A stretch of DNA of 36,091 bases from an uncultured Lachnospiraceae bacterium (GCA_945787485.1 CALZHV010000001.1:1-36091), one strand, 5' to 3'. Numbered from the stretch's first letter, positions 7,211 to 17,012 are shown. The notes: generated from the letters alone by a model not told the origin. Translations and numbers: made by a program.

Positions 7211-9572
7211 TCAAGCGAAAAAGTGAGGCTCATAATCTTCAAGTGAAGTTTGTACAACTAGTTTTTTTGACTTCTGGATGTAGATAATAATCACTTTTAT
7301 AGCCGAAACTTATTGGAATCATTTTTCTGCTAACAGCTCTTATAACTTTAATGAATGCTTTTTTTGAGGTTGACATATCAACAAAAATTATTTCTAATTC
7401 ACCAATAATACTGTCTATATCATATTTCTGATTATAAGTGTTTTTAGCATTTTCATTGTTAGACCAAAGCCAATCAATTTTTCTAGCATTCGATAAAAAA
7501 TGATAGTATCTACCATGGTCTACTGGACTATGAATGTTTTCTATTTGAGGGGGTTCTTTAAATGGATTTTTCAATGCTAATAATAAATTATACTTAGCTT
7601 CTTGAAATGCTTTTATAACTGCGCTTTCTATATTGTTTGTTAAGGCAGTTGCTGCTCCGCTAACGAAACAAGGATATTCTTCGCTTTCTATTACAACCAA
7701 AAAAGTTGGTAGGTGTGGTGATTCTAGGTCTAATACATGAACATTTCTACCTTTGTTTTTCCAATAATCAGCCTTTTTTCTTACATGAAATGGTAAAAAG
7801 TTTGGTGATAAGTGTGTTGGGGCTCTATGTTCGTACCATAACCTCATTATTGAATCTCTTTCTATCAATTCGGCTACGGCATGTTTTTTTGCTTCTTCAA
7901 AATCAGTATGTGCAGCTATGCCAGACGAATCACCTTTGAAAAGTTTCCCCTTTTTATTGTGACCGTAATATACAAAATCTGTTGGTAAATAGTATTTGCC
8001 GGTAACATCGACAGTCCACTCAATTTTAGAATCACTGTGATATGGTTGAAGTCCTAATAGTTCTCTTTGTTTGATAGAAAGTGGAGCGAGTTGTTCTGGA
8101 GTGAAGAATGAATCAGTTTCTTTTGCGACACCAAAATAATCAACCCTCGTGACGCTTGATATATGACGCTCATAGGCTTCAATAATTGCCTTACAGCATG
8201 ATTCGTAGTATGACGTTCCAGTAGCTCCACTAATTCGATTGTTGTGCTCTCCATAACGTGCCCATGTACCATAAAAAGAACTGTTTTTACAATCAAATGT
8301 GTTAACACCATAACTGTGTACTATTTTCTCGTCTCCAACATAGTATTTCTCTAGGTTATTTAATAATTCAATATAACTGTGCGACACCAAATTGGATTTA
8401 TAACCAACAGCAATAGTTAAAAGAGGGGATAGGTTATATCTGTCAATATTCATTTCTATTGCTAAGGCTTCATCGTTAAATCCACCAAGTTCACAAGTTG
8501 ATAAACCTTGTTCTTCACAATACAGTGTTAGATTTTGTGCTGCTTGTCCAGCCTCTATTAATGTAAATCTATACCCTCGATTAGAATACTTTGTAGTCTG
8601 CCTTTCTAAATCCGCAGCTACAACTATTTGCACAGGCGAATTAAAAGCTAATTTTTCATCATTATAGCAATATTTGAGTTGTTCTATATCTGGCTGATTG
8701 TTAAATAATATTAATTGGGAGTTTTCTGAATCATATTCATAATAACCAGAACCAATACCAATTTGATCCCTTACTACAATACAAAAAATTCTCAGTGGGT
8801 ATAGACCTCCACCACTAGGAGTTGCGTGTCGAGAACGAGAATAAGCAAAATCACAGATATTTCCTATTTGAAAAAGAGTTAATTTTTCGTGAGAAAAACT
8901 TCTGCATGATTCGCGTTTTACCTGCAACTGATACAATGAAGAAAAGTTATCAATAGTAAATTCTATTTTTTCTCCTGGGCATTTTACTGCTGTTGTTTTT
9001 TTCTGTTCTTCAATTTCTTTTTGTGTTAATTTATAAAACGCTCTGTCCCTAAAGAGTGTTGATTTTTGTTAAAATGGGACAGAACTTTTGTTTAAAATAT
9101 CATTGTTTTAGTCTTTTCACTGAGTCACAAAGACTAAAATAAATAGTATTTTGTATTTCTTAACGCCTCTGTCCCTAGATAATTAATAAATTTATGCTAA
9201 ATTAGATATTATTTATATGAAAAATATAGCATTAAAAATCAACAGTCCTTTGGGACAGAGCGTTATAAAAATAAGTCATGGGGTTATCACTTATTTTATG
9301 AAAATGTTTGTATTGCTCGCATGAATCTAATATTATATGAAGTTCACTTAATTCTGTGAATATTTTTTTAACAAGCGATTCTTTTATTCCGGAAAACCAA
9401 CAATTTCTTTTGCTGTTCTGTATCCATTGCATAATGATAAAAGTTTCCACAGAGTTATAGCAATTTCCCCATTTACATCTATCTGATGTGTTTGACATAA
9501 AAAGCGTATGCCATTGTCAATGGGCACAGCAGGAACAACTAAAATCGGTCTATATTTCTCCCAAACAATCAT
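7211..9572 (-). pseudogene. RRE - SagB-type nitroreductase/dehydrogenase - YcaO fusion, disrupted
   Basis: RRE-like LLSLCNGYRTAKEI; nitroreductase RESCRSF, PSGGGLYPL, KYSNRGYR, EAGQAAQN; YcaO EAYER, DSSGIAAH, ELIERD. Lesions: frameshift ~9393-9396, MITE 9037-9264, and frameshift in the T7 run 7262-7268 that removes the C-terminal ...EDYEPHFFA* (stop 7211-7213). Confidence 0.85.
9037..9264. mobile_element. 228-bp MITE (non-autonomous insertion element)
   Basis: 31-bp terminal inverted repeats (aacgctctgtccc..., 28/31 match); 4-bp ATAA target duplication at 9033-9036 and 9265-9268; removal restores the reading frame. Confidence 0.88.
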
Positions 9573-9640
9573 AACTTTCCTCTTTTACATAATAATGCAA
9601 TAATATTTGATTTTATAAAACTACCGCAATATGGTACATT

Positions 9641-9934
9641 TTACTGGTTTTTATTGCATAATATACAAATTTCATTTTCTAATAATATTTCAATAAAACT
9701 TGAAATATCTTCAATAGTAATATTTTCTTCCTTATCTTGAGCGTGTATTGTTTTCCATATATCAAAAGTTGTTTTATTTTCAACAATTCCATCAATTATC
9801 AATTTGGATGTGCTATTTATTTCAAAAACATCACCATTATGAGAGTTTGTTAACATATGTTTGTCTTCAGATAAACTATGAACAGCAATATTATCTCTTA
9901 AAGAAAAACTATCTTCCATAATTACTTTATACAT
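9641..9934 (-). CDS. PqqD-family RiPP recognition element (RRE)
   Basis: 97 aa from ATG 9934 with AAGGAGG RBS; pattern NGDVFEINSTSKLIIDGI...DISSFIEILLENEI is typical of PqqD. Confidence 0.8.
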   Translation of the reverse strand: MYKVIMEDSFSLRDNIAVHSLSEDKHMLTNSHNGDVFEINSTSKLIIDGIVENKTTFDIWKTIHAQDKEENITIEDISSFIEILLENEICILCNKNQ

Positions 9935-9957
9935 AAATAAACCTCCTTGGGAAATGA

Positions 9958-9989
9958 CAGAGTAATTAAACGCTCGTTTAATTACTCTG
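9958..9989 (-). terminator. Perfect stem-loop after precursor peptide 1
   Basis: cagagtaattaaacg-ct-cgtttaattactctg; could be an mRNA stabiliser or partial terminator. Confidence 0.6.
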
Positions 9990-10007
9990 CTTTTTTGATG
10001 TTGAACA

Positions 10008-10097
10008 TCAATCTCCGCTTCCGCCACAGCAAGTGCATGCAGATTTTTTGCTTGCAGGTGCTACGTTAGAAACCTTTTTAATTTCTGGTTTTTTCAT
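10008..10097 (-). CDS. RiPP precursor peptide 1 (29 aa; radical SAM substrate candidate)
   Basis: MKKPEIKKVSNVAPASKKSACTCCGGSGD; AAGGAGGTG RBS; sits between the rSAM genes and the RRE. Confidence 0.8.
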   Translation of the reverse strand: MKKPEIKKVSNVAPASKKSACTCCGGSGD

Positions 10098-10117
10098 AAA
10101 ATTCACCTCCTTATCTA

Positions 10118-11401
10118 TCAAATTTTATTGAAATCAAAAGTGCCACCAGCGTATTTTTCTACTTGATACAGTTCACCTTTAACTATGTGTAAATAGTTTT
10201 TTTCATACGGCTTTACAACACACCAAGGATATGTTTTGGTTATACTTCCTGAATAGGACAATGTTTCTCCGCAGCAACCACCGGTGCAAGCGTATTTAAA
10301 TTCGCAATTGGTACACTTATCAAAACTGGAAGCGTTTAAATTCTTGAAATCATTATAAGAGTTGCTTTTGCGTATATATTCCAATGGTGTTTCGTTAAGA
10401 TTGCCGAAAATGAAATTTTTTCGTATAAAAGCACAAGGCTTTACATTGCCATAAATATCGACATATGACCACGTAAGTCTGCATGCATGATAACAATATC
10501 TGTTATATCCTTTTACTAAGTGACGATTATATCTGTTGAATGATTGATGTTGTTCCGGCGATAGTTTTAATGTTTCCCAATTAATTTTTGCCCGTCCGAT
10601 ACTGGCGGGACGATTAAGCATCGGCTTGAAGCCTAAATCTTTAGCAAAATTAACAAATGAATCAACATCGTTATATGTCAAGGCATTAATAGAAAGTAAC
10701 AAGACAATCTGGTTTTTATACTTTGTTTCCGACAATGCCCTTAGGTTGTTCATAACCTTTTTGTGCATCAATATATTGGTGCGAGCAAATTTTTCAAATG
10801 TGCTTTCGCTCATACCGTAAACGGAAATCTGAAGTTCAAATCCCTTTTCTAATGCATGGATAGCATCATTCAATTCAAAAGAACCATTGGTTACAATGCT
10901 ATGTCTATTATATGGTTTTTTATTCTTTGCAGTTATATCAATAAGTTCTACAATATATGGATTTAAAAAAGGTTCTCCTCCCGTTAAACGAATATCAAGT
11001 TTTGGGGTGTTGCCTAACATAGATAAGTAATATTCATATTTTTCAGGTGTTAAGAATATTTTTCCTTCTTTAGTCATTTCGGCATAGCAATGTAAACAAT
11101 TAAAGTTACATTTGTCAGTAACCTCGAAATATACAGTTCTACACACCTGATGAGTATCGTGATCATCAAATAAACTATATTGAAAATCAATAGGTTGCAT
11201 TTCTCGCTCTTCAATATTATCAGTAATAACCCCTTCTTCCTTCAGTTTGTGCAAAAGACTATCGTCCATATCACTGAAGTTTCCTTCCAGCAAAGCTTTA
11301 GCGTCATCTTTATTCACTAAAAACATTTTTTTATTGTTAAAATTATAAATTCCCGTATTGATAAAACCGACCTGTATCTTAACATCTTTATTTAAATACA
11401 T
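10118..11401 (-). CDS. Radical SAM/SPASM peptide maturase with RRE-like N-terminus
   Basis: CNFNCLHC, TGGEPF, SPASM CRLTWSYVDIYGNVKPC and CTNCEFKYACTGGC; ATG 11401 with GGAGG RBS. Confidence 0.92.
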   Translation of the reverse strand: MYLNKDVKIQVGFINTGIYNFNNKKMFLVNKDDAKALLEGNFSDMDDSLLHKLKEEGVITDNIEEREMQPIDFQYSLFDDHDTHQVCRTVYFEVTDKCNFNCLHCYAEMTKEGKIFLTPEKYEYYLSMLGNTPKLDIRLTGGEPFLNPYIVELIDITAKNKKPYNRHSIVTNGSFELNDAIHALEKGFELQISVYGMSESTFEKFARTNILMHKKVMNNLRALSETKYKNQIVLLLSINALTYNDVDSFVNFAKDLGFKPMLNRPASIGRAKINWETLKLSPEQHQSFNRYNRHLVKGYNRYCYHACRLTWSYVDIYGNVKPCAFIRKNFIFGNLNETPLEYIRKSNSYNDFKNLNASSFDKCTNCEFKYACTGGCCGETLSYSGSITKTYPWCVVKPYEKNYLHIVKGELYQVEKYAGGTFDFNKI

Positions 11402-11403
11402 AA

Positions 11404-12405
11404 CTATACCTCCCAACACTGCGGATCACACGCCATATAATCGCCAGTCACTGCATAGGCAATACAGCGTGCACCTCCACAATCATCAAGATGCTTACAA
11501 TTACCACAGATGTTTATTTCATTTCTCTTTCTCAAATCCCATAGAATCTTAGAATTATACCATATCGAAAAAACACTTTCGTTCTTTACATTGCCAATTG
11601 GAATTGGTAATCTTCTGCAGGGGAGTGCTGTTCCATCCTGCAAAATTGTCAAAGTCTGAATGCCTACCGGACAACGCCCACTTTTTCCATAACATGCCCA
11701 TAATGGTCTAGACGTATTTATTGACATGCTTGAATCAATTAATCTGTCAGAAAATTCTTTCAATTGTTCAAACACACAATGTATTTCATCTTTGTCCAAC
11801 ATCATTGACGTATCACTGAAGCCGATAGGCACATCCCTACTAAATGTTAACTGTTTAACACCTAATTCCTTCATTGCTTCAATGAACTCCCACGTAATGG
11901 GTACTGTATATTTGCTTATAACATAATGAACAAACACCTGTATGCCTTCGTTAACTAATTTTTTTATATTGGCTATTGCTTTTGCAAAGTTACCTTTGCC
12001 TCTAATAAAATCATGCTTTTCTTCAGTTGTTCCGTCTATGCTTATTTGTACAGTTGGTTTTGTGATTAATATTGCTTCCATCAACTCACTCGAAAAATAC
12101 ACACCGTTTGTGAGTATCGCAAAGCGTTTTATTGATTCGGATTGGTGGATTCGATACATTATATCTGATAAATATGGATACAATGTAGGTTCTCCGCCTA
12201 CCAGTGAAATTTCGCCGTCAACATTCCATTTAACAAAAGTATCTTCAAGTTGTTCAATTAAACTTATTAATTCATTATAATTCCATTCCTCAATTTGAGT
12301 CCTCTCTCCTTCGTAACAATGCTTACATTTAAGATTACATCTATTAGTAAGATGTAATTGGACATGGAAAGGACACTTTTCGGTTGTCTCGACCTGTAGT
12401 TTCAT
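11404..12405 (-). CDS. Radical SAM/SPASM enzyme
   Basis: CNLKCKHC, VGGEP, CPVG...LPC, CGNCKHLDDCGGARC...DPQC; ATG 12405 with AAGGAG RBS. Confidence 0.92.
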   Translation of the reverse strand: MKLQVETTEKCPFHVQLHLTNRCNLKCKHCYEGERTQIEEWNYNELISLIEQLEDTFVKWNVDGEISLVGGEPTLYPYLSDIMYRIHQSESIKRFAILTNGVYFSSELMEAILITKPTVQISIDGTTEEKHDFIRGKGNFAKAIANIKKLVNEGIQVFVHYVISKYTVPITWEFIEAMKELGVKQLTFSRDVPIGFSDTSMMLDKDEIHCVFEQLKEFSDRLIDSSMSINTSRPLWACYGKSGRCPVGIQTLTILQDGTALPCRRLPIPIGNVKNESVFSIWYNSKILWDLRKRNEINICGNCKHLDDCGGARCIAYAVTGDYMACDPQCWEV

Positions 12406-12456
12406 AAAACTTTCTCCTTTACGAACCAAAATATTAATTATTGTTAGAGAATTGAA

Positions 12457-12630
12457 TTATTCATATATGTTTTTAAAATAATTAACCAAAATTTCCTTGG
12501 CCTTTTTTGTTGTCACATGATTAAACCAATCAAATTCAGCGTGGCTATTGAATACTTCTGTAAGACCATCTTCACCTCTGTAGGTATCTGCGATTACCAT
12601 TACAGTATCTTCATCGTGCAACTTACTTAA
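12457..12630 (-). pseudogene. Remnant paralogous to the C-terminus of the 13025-14992 RSH protein
   Basis: LSKLHDEDTVMVIADTYRGEDGLTEVFNSHAEFDWFNHVTTKKAKEILVNYFKNIYE aligns without gaps to SSVLHDEDQVVVISDTYREQGGLTKELVKHAKIEWINYVKTDYARDMLINYLKNEYE (about 30/57 identical). Confidence 0.85.
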
Positions 12631-12760
12631 AATAAATGACCATAGGATAATTATTGTATGATTTTCAACATAAATTCTTCATTTTTGCAACTGCCGGTGA
12701 GTTTTTTATTGACAGTTTGGTTTGTATTCACAGTTAAAACTTGCAGTGTATAGCTGTTAT

Positions 12761-12790
12761 ATTATACAATAACCATATCATAAAAAGCAA
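12761..12790 (-). promoter_or_regulatory. Sigma-A-like promoter upstream of the rSAM operon
   Basis: TTGCTT - 18 nt - TATAAT on the minus strand. Confidence 0.5.
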
Positions 12791-13024
12791 CCGCTATATA
12801 AAATTCTTGTACAACACAGAAACATAATTAGGTTAGCATCCTTATATGCAGATTACTGCAAACGAATTTCATCTCCTCGTATCCTCTAACCATCTACAAT
12901 AAATTTTAAACCATAGCAATCAATTAGAAAATACGAGGGTTGTAAAGATGTATTATGTTTGTGAAATGTTGTTGCCATCTTCGTGAAAACAAATATTTTT
13001 AGCGGAGTGCGTTATAATTTGAAT

Positions 13025-14992
13025 CTACGTCTCTTCTCCCTCATATTCGTTTTTTAAATAATTAATCAACATATCTCGTGCATAATCTGTTTTAACATAA
13101 TTAATCCATTCAATTTTTGCATGCTTAACCAGCTCTTTAGTAAGACCGCCCTGTTCTCGATATGTATCAGAGATAACAACCACTTGGTCTTCGTCATGCA
13201 GTACACTGGATATGGATCTTGGCTGATTGTTGATTGTTGCGCCAGTTGCAGAAATGGCAATTTCTTGATGAATTAAAAATGCTAAATCCAGAACGGTTGC
13301 CCCTTCTTTGATTTGAACTTTTCTTCCATCACGCAGCTTAACGGTAATCATTCCCTTTGTTTCGGCAGGCAGACTACTCTTAATATCTCTGGTGTTGAAT
13401 CCGCCGTTACCGCCATTAAGATAATTCATATAGTCGTCTCTCATACAAAAACAACAACGAACAACATTGTAATAATCATCTTCGATAAAAACGATAAATC
13501 TATTATTGTCGTCAATTTCGAAGTCTGTAATTACTCGGTTTTTTACGGCCATTTTGTTGGCACAGACAGCAATAAAAACATTGGAAAATGAATTTATCTC
13601 ACTCCTGTTGTCTTTAGGGTCCAAAATGATGTCGATGTCACAAACCGGGAGGTGCTTTTTGTTGATAAGGTTAGATACATCAATATTTGCGCCATACTTT
13701 TTCTTCAAATACTTGTTGATTTCATAAGGCGAATAATAATGTTCCGAGACGGTGAAATCAAAACCCGGGATATTTGCTCTCTTATCGCATTGCACATTAA
13801 AATCATCATCAAAGAAGCTTTTTATAAGTTTTATTGTTTCCTTCACTTCAGCGTGGTTGCGATTCTTCATATCTTCATATTTCTCTGAAATATCGTTATA
13901 AAGATGAACATTACCAAGTTTCCACAGTAAATCTTCAATAATATCACAGAAGAAGTGGAGATTATATCTTTTAAAAAGTGGCAAATACCATTTTTCTGTT
14001 TCGTCTACTTTGTCACCTTTTTTTGATTGCGACATAGTGTCCATCGTTCGAAGATTGTGAATTCTATCGGCCGCTTTAATATATAATGCGAATACCATAG
14101 CTCTGCTCTCGTCAACTATAGACACGAGTTTTTCGAAGCTTTCCTTATCAAGCTTTTCTTTTATTCTTTTCTTCTCTTCAGGAGTTTCGTCATCTACTTG
14201 TTCCTGCTGTTTAGAGCGCAACTGTTCATATTCCTTGTGCAAGGATGTCACAGCATTCACATAACGAGAAACTTGACCACCACATTTGTTCTTGATGTCA
14301 GCTATACTAATGTCTGTATCTTCGGCAACATCATGAAGGATTGCTGCAGCTACAACGGGACTTTCAACCCCAAAGTCAGCTAAAATCTCAGCAACCATGA
14401 GCGGGTGAGTAATATAAGGCTCTCCGGTAGCTCTTTTTTCCCAATAATGAGCTTCTCTTGCCATAGTGTATGCATCAAAGACTGTGAACGAGTCGTGAAA
14501 GCGCTTAAGTTTACGACCAATTGCATCATACATTTTATCACAAACTCTGTGCATAATATGAATTTCGTAACACTCATCCAATGTGTATTTTACACTGCCA
14601 TCCTTCTTGCGCGGAATATCTCGTTCAATACTTCCTTTAATCTCAAGCAAATTGAAACTAGAATACTCATAATATTCATTGCCTCTTAATGATGCAAATG
14701 AGTTAGAGCACGACCTTTTACTTATTATGTTGTTTTTTATATCGCTATAAATAAGAATCGAGACAACGTCCTCAACATCAGGATACATATAGCGACACAT
14801 GATATATGCTTTATGAATAATCTCGTAAACTACATATGTTTCTTCATGCAGACTTTCGATTAAATTCAAAGCGCTAACAATGTCGTTTTTGTCAGCGGTA
14901 GATTTTTTCTTGAAGAAATTAACAATATATAATGCTTCCTCGCAGTTTGCAATACGGTTGTTTAACACAAACATTACCTCCTTCTCTTTCAA
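13025..14992 (-). CDS. Atypical RelA/SpoT homologue: HD (p)ppGpp hydrolase + degenerate synthetase region + TGS
   Basis: AHYWEKRATGEPYITHP, AAILHDVAEDT, IKAADRIHNLRT; TGS GATVLDLAFLIH...GATINN. No recognisable ExQIRT synthetase motif and no ACT/RRM domain. Start uncertain (GTG 14968 has the best RBS spacing). Confidence 0.85.
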   Translation of the reverse strand: MKEKEVMFVLNNRIANCEEALYIVNFFKKKSTADKNDIVSALNLIESLHEETYVVYEIIHKAYIMCRYMYPDVEDVVSILIYSDIKNNIISKRSCSNSFASLRGNEYYEYSSFNLLEIKGSIERDIPRKKDGSVKYTLDECYEIHIMHRVCDKMYDAIGRKLKRFHDSFTVFDAYTMAREAHYWEKRATGEPYITHPLMVAEILADFGVESPVVAAAILHDVAEDTDISIADIKNKCGGQVSRYVNAVTSLHKEYEQLRSKQQEQVDDETPEEKKRIKEKLDKESFEKLVSIVDESRAMVFALYIKAADRIHNLRTMDTMSQSKKGDKVDETEKWYLPLFKRYNLHFFCDIIEDLLWKLGNVHLYNDISEKYEDMKNRNHAEVKETIKLIKSFFDDDFNVQCDKRANIPGFDFTVSEHYYSPYEINKYLKKKYGANIDVSNLINKKHLPVCDIDIILDPKDNRSEINSFSNVFIAVCANKMAVKNRVITDFEIDDNNRFIVFIEDDYYNVVRCCFCMRDDYMNYLNGGNGGFNTRDIKSSLPAETKGMITVKLRDGRKVQIKEGATVLDLAFLIHQEIAISATGATINNQPRSISSVLHDEDQVVVISDTYREQGGLTKELVKHAKIEWINYVKTDYARDMLINYLKNEYEGEET

Positions 14993-15006
14993 TTACCTAT
15001 TAAAAC

Positions 15007-16194
15007 TCACTCATCCACAGAGGCGGCAATAAGTTTATATATCTGAGCATCCTCAACTTCGCTCACGCTGCTTGCACAACAAAGATTATCCTTAATATAA
15101 TCCTTGATAATCTTATTAACTCTGTTTTGAATGATAGCTATTTTGTCTTCGCGATTGAGACAATCGTAATCGCCGCCATACAACTTATCGCATAGTTTTC
15201 CTATGTCTTGTCCATCTTTAATGTGAGTGAGGTTTGGATAAGACATGTTCAAATGAGGAGAAATTGATTCTGCCGAACCTGCAAGTTCATGCTTTGAAAT
15301 GATTATTTTTTGTGCCGTTGGCATATGCTCTCTTCCATGGGAAACTGACGCAATGGAGCCTATGCCGCCAACATAATTAGTAATGGTGCTCTTGGGTGGA
15401 ACGTAAAGAACAATCAAGGCTTTATCGTTATAAGCTTTACTTGTAATATCTACAAATGCAAACTGTCCGCTAAAGGTAAGTTCACCGGTATATATTCCGG
15501 CTTTTTTGCTCATCAGTTCGATGATTTTTTTGTTTCTTTCTCCTTTAGCGCTAAGTTTGCTGTTGTCAACACAGGAAACATTATGAAAACTGTCAAGGTC
15601 TTTTTTTAATGCAAAAGCTTTTGAACTTTCACTCGCCTTAAAGAAGACGGCCGCAACCTTTGTGACTCTTCTTGCAGTTACACCGTTAATATCATCATAA
15701 ACAGAAAGGACTCCGTAGCGTAATTCGCGAGTGTTTTTATTGCCATATTTGTCTGTAATATCGCTTTGCTCGTTAAAATAGCATAAATAATTTCCGATAA
15801 AATCACTATGCTCAATGTAAGCATGCGTGCCATTTGAAAGACTACCCTTAAATTTGAGTGTTCCTTCAGGATCGAAGTCCTCAGAAAGCAGGTCGTTAAC
15901 TGTAAAGTCTAAGCCACGCTCATGAAAATCCGGAATATTGCACAAATAAACTATCCACTCTACATAGGGTATTCTTTCGCCGTTAAGATAATTGCTTAGT
16001 GCACCTGTTGACATGCCATCCCACTTCGCAGCAAACTCATTCTGATTCCAACCCATTGCACTTTTTAATTTCTTAAGATTAGTTGAAAATATTTCGCAAA
16101 GCTCATTTTTGATAGTTGTAGAATCTTTTTGCTTGTTTTCCTCGACTTCAGGATTTGTTCCTTGTGCTCGTATTTCTTTTTTTATTTCTGCCAT
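15007..16194 (-). CDS. XRE-family HTH regulator with a large uncharacterised C-terminal domain
   Basis: NLKKLKSAMGWNQNEFAAKWDGMSTGALSNYLNGERIP; ATG 16194 with AAGGAGG RBS. Confidence 0.82.
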   Translation of the reverse strand: MAEIKKEIRAQGTNPEVEENKQKDSTTIKNELCEIFSTNLKKLKSAMGWNQNEFAAKWDGMSTGALSNYLNGERIPYVEWIVYLCNIPDFHERGLDFTVNDLLSEDFDPEGTLKFKGSLSNGTHAYIEHSDFIGNYLCYFNEQSDITDKYGNKNTRELRYGVLSVYDDINGVTARRVTKVAAVFFKASESSKAFALKKDLDSFHNVSCVDNSKLSAKGERNKKIIELMSKKAGIYTGELTFSGQFAFVDITSKAYNDKALIVLYVPPKSTITNYVGGIGSIASVSHGREHMPTAQKIIISKHELAGSAESISPHLNMSYPNLTHIKDGQDIGKLCDKLYGGDYDCLNREDKIAIIQNRVNKIIKDYIKDNLCCASSVSEVEDAQIYKLIAASVDE

Positions 16195-16217
16195 TTTTGC
16201 TACCTCCTTTTTCTTTA

Positions 16218-16246
16218 ATGATAACACGGTCCTATGACAAAGTCAA
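16218..16246 (-). promoter_or_regulatory. Sigma-A promoter of the XRE-RSH operon
   Basis: TTGACT - 17 nt - TGn-TATCAT (extended -10). Confidence 0.7.
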
Positions 16247-16264
16247 CATATTTTCGGCATCTTA

Positions 16265-16432
16265 CGTGAAATTTTTACCAAAACAGATATCGAGATTTCA
16301 CGATTATACTCGAAATTTTCACATTTTCACAAACGTTTGGTGTTGTTCACAAACTTGTCCTCGCGAAAAAAACAAAAACGCTGTTGATTTCACGCAAAAA
16401 ACATTGTTATCCTGTTATTTAGGAGTTAAAAT
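16265..16432 (+). promoter_or_regulatory. TTTCAC repeat array plus -10 box in the divergent intergenic region
   Basis: Multiple ttcac(g/a) copies (C at 16299, 16320, 16328, 16348, 16391; one inverted at 16265-16271); TAAAAT at 16427. Confidence 0.6.
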
Positions 16433-16465
16433 TGAATTACCAAATAAATATAAGGAGGCAGAACA

Positions 16466-16963
16466 ATGAACACAAACTTATTAAATCAACTTCTCTCTGA
16501 GGCAACAAGAGGAAACCGTGAAGCGTCATACCGCGCCGGCAAGCTTATGGCAAACGAAGGCACATTTAATGATGTGGCAGTTCAAAAGAGATACCTTGAT
16601 GCAGCTAACGCAGGCTATACTGAGGCACAAAAAGAACTCGGAGCATTAGGCCTCTGCGGAAGACTTATCACAGATGACGCAACCGCATTTAATATTCATT
16701 ATCATACTGATTATAATAATGCAATCATGTGGTTAAGAAAAGCTGCTATGAAAGGTGATCCTGAAAGCAAGCTTGTTATTTTAGCTATCGACGAATTTGG
16801 AATCAAAGTCATAGAAGATGCACGAAAAGCTGTTGATCTTTATCGTGACACCATGTGTTCCAAGGATTTTATTGATTCACCAACTTTGATGCTGTTCGAA
16901 ATCGCCATGCAGTATCTTGATCCTTTCGGAGTAAACAGAATGAACAAGGTAAAAACAGCCTAA
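16466..16963 (+). CDS. Sel1-like repeat protein
   Basis: YLDAANAGYTEAQKELG and AIMWLRKAAMKGDPES Sel1 patterns; AAGGAGG RBS. Confidence 0.75.
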   Translation: MNTNLLNQLLSEATRGNREASYRAGKLMANEGTFNDVAVQKRYLDAANAGYTEAQKELGALGLCGRLITDDATAFNIHYHTDYNNAIMWLRKAAMKGDPESKLVILAIDEFGIKVIEDARKAVDLYRDTMCSKDFIDSPTLMLFEIAMQYLDPFGVNRMNKVKTA

Positions 16964-17012
16964 AGAACGGAGGTAAAACCGGTGGCATCCGGAGAAAAAC
17001 TTAATATATCAA

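Noticed and set aside
6971-7246. 91-aa plus-strand ORF with PPPP
   Set aside because: It is the antisense shadow of the Gly-rich precursor at 7051-7164, which has a strong RBS.
9232-9572. Two small independent ORFs (88 aa and 62 aa)
   Set aside because: They are frameshifted pieces of the N-terminus of the YcaO fusion.
9935-10027. N-terminal extension of the PqqD ORF in the ORF track
   Set aside because: It overlaps precursor 1 and its hairpin; the RBS supports ATG 9934.
12709-12714. Plus-strand TTGACA promoter
   Set aside because: There is no properly spaced -10 and no downstream plus-strand gene.
12876-12938. Imperfect inverted repeat cctcgtat...atacgagg as a second MITE
   Set aside because: The arms are short, no target duplication was found, and it overlaps a predicted promoter.
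16155-16469. 104-aa plus-strand ORF
   Set aside because: It spans the divergent promoter region and the XRE start, has no RBS, and its sequence is low-complexity.
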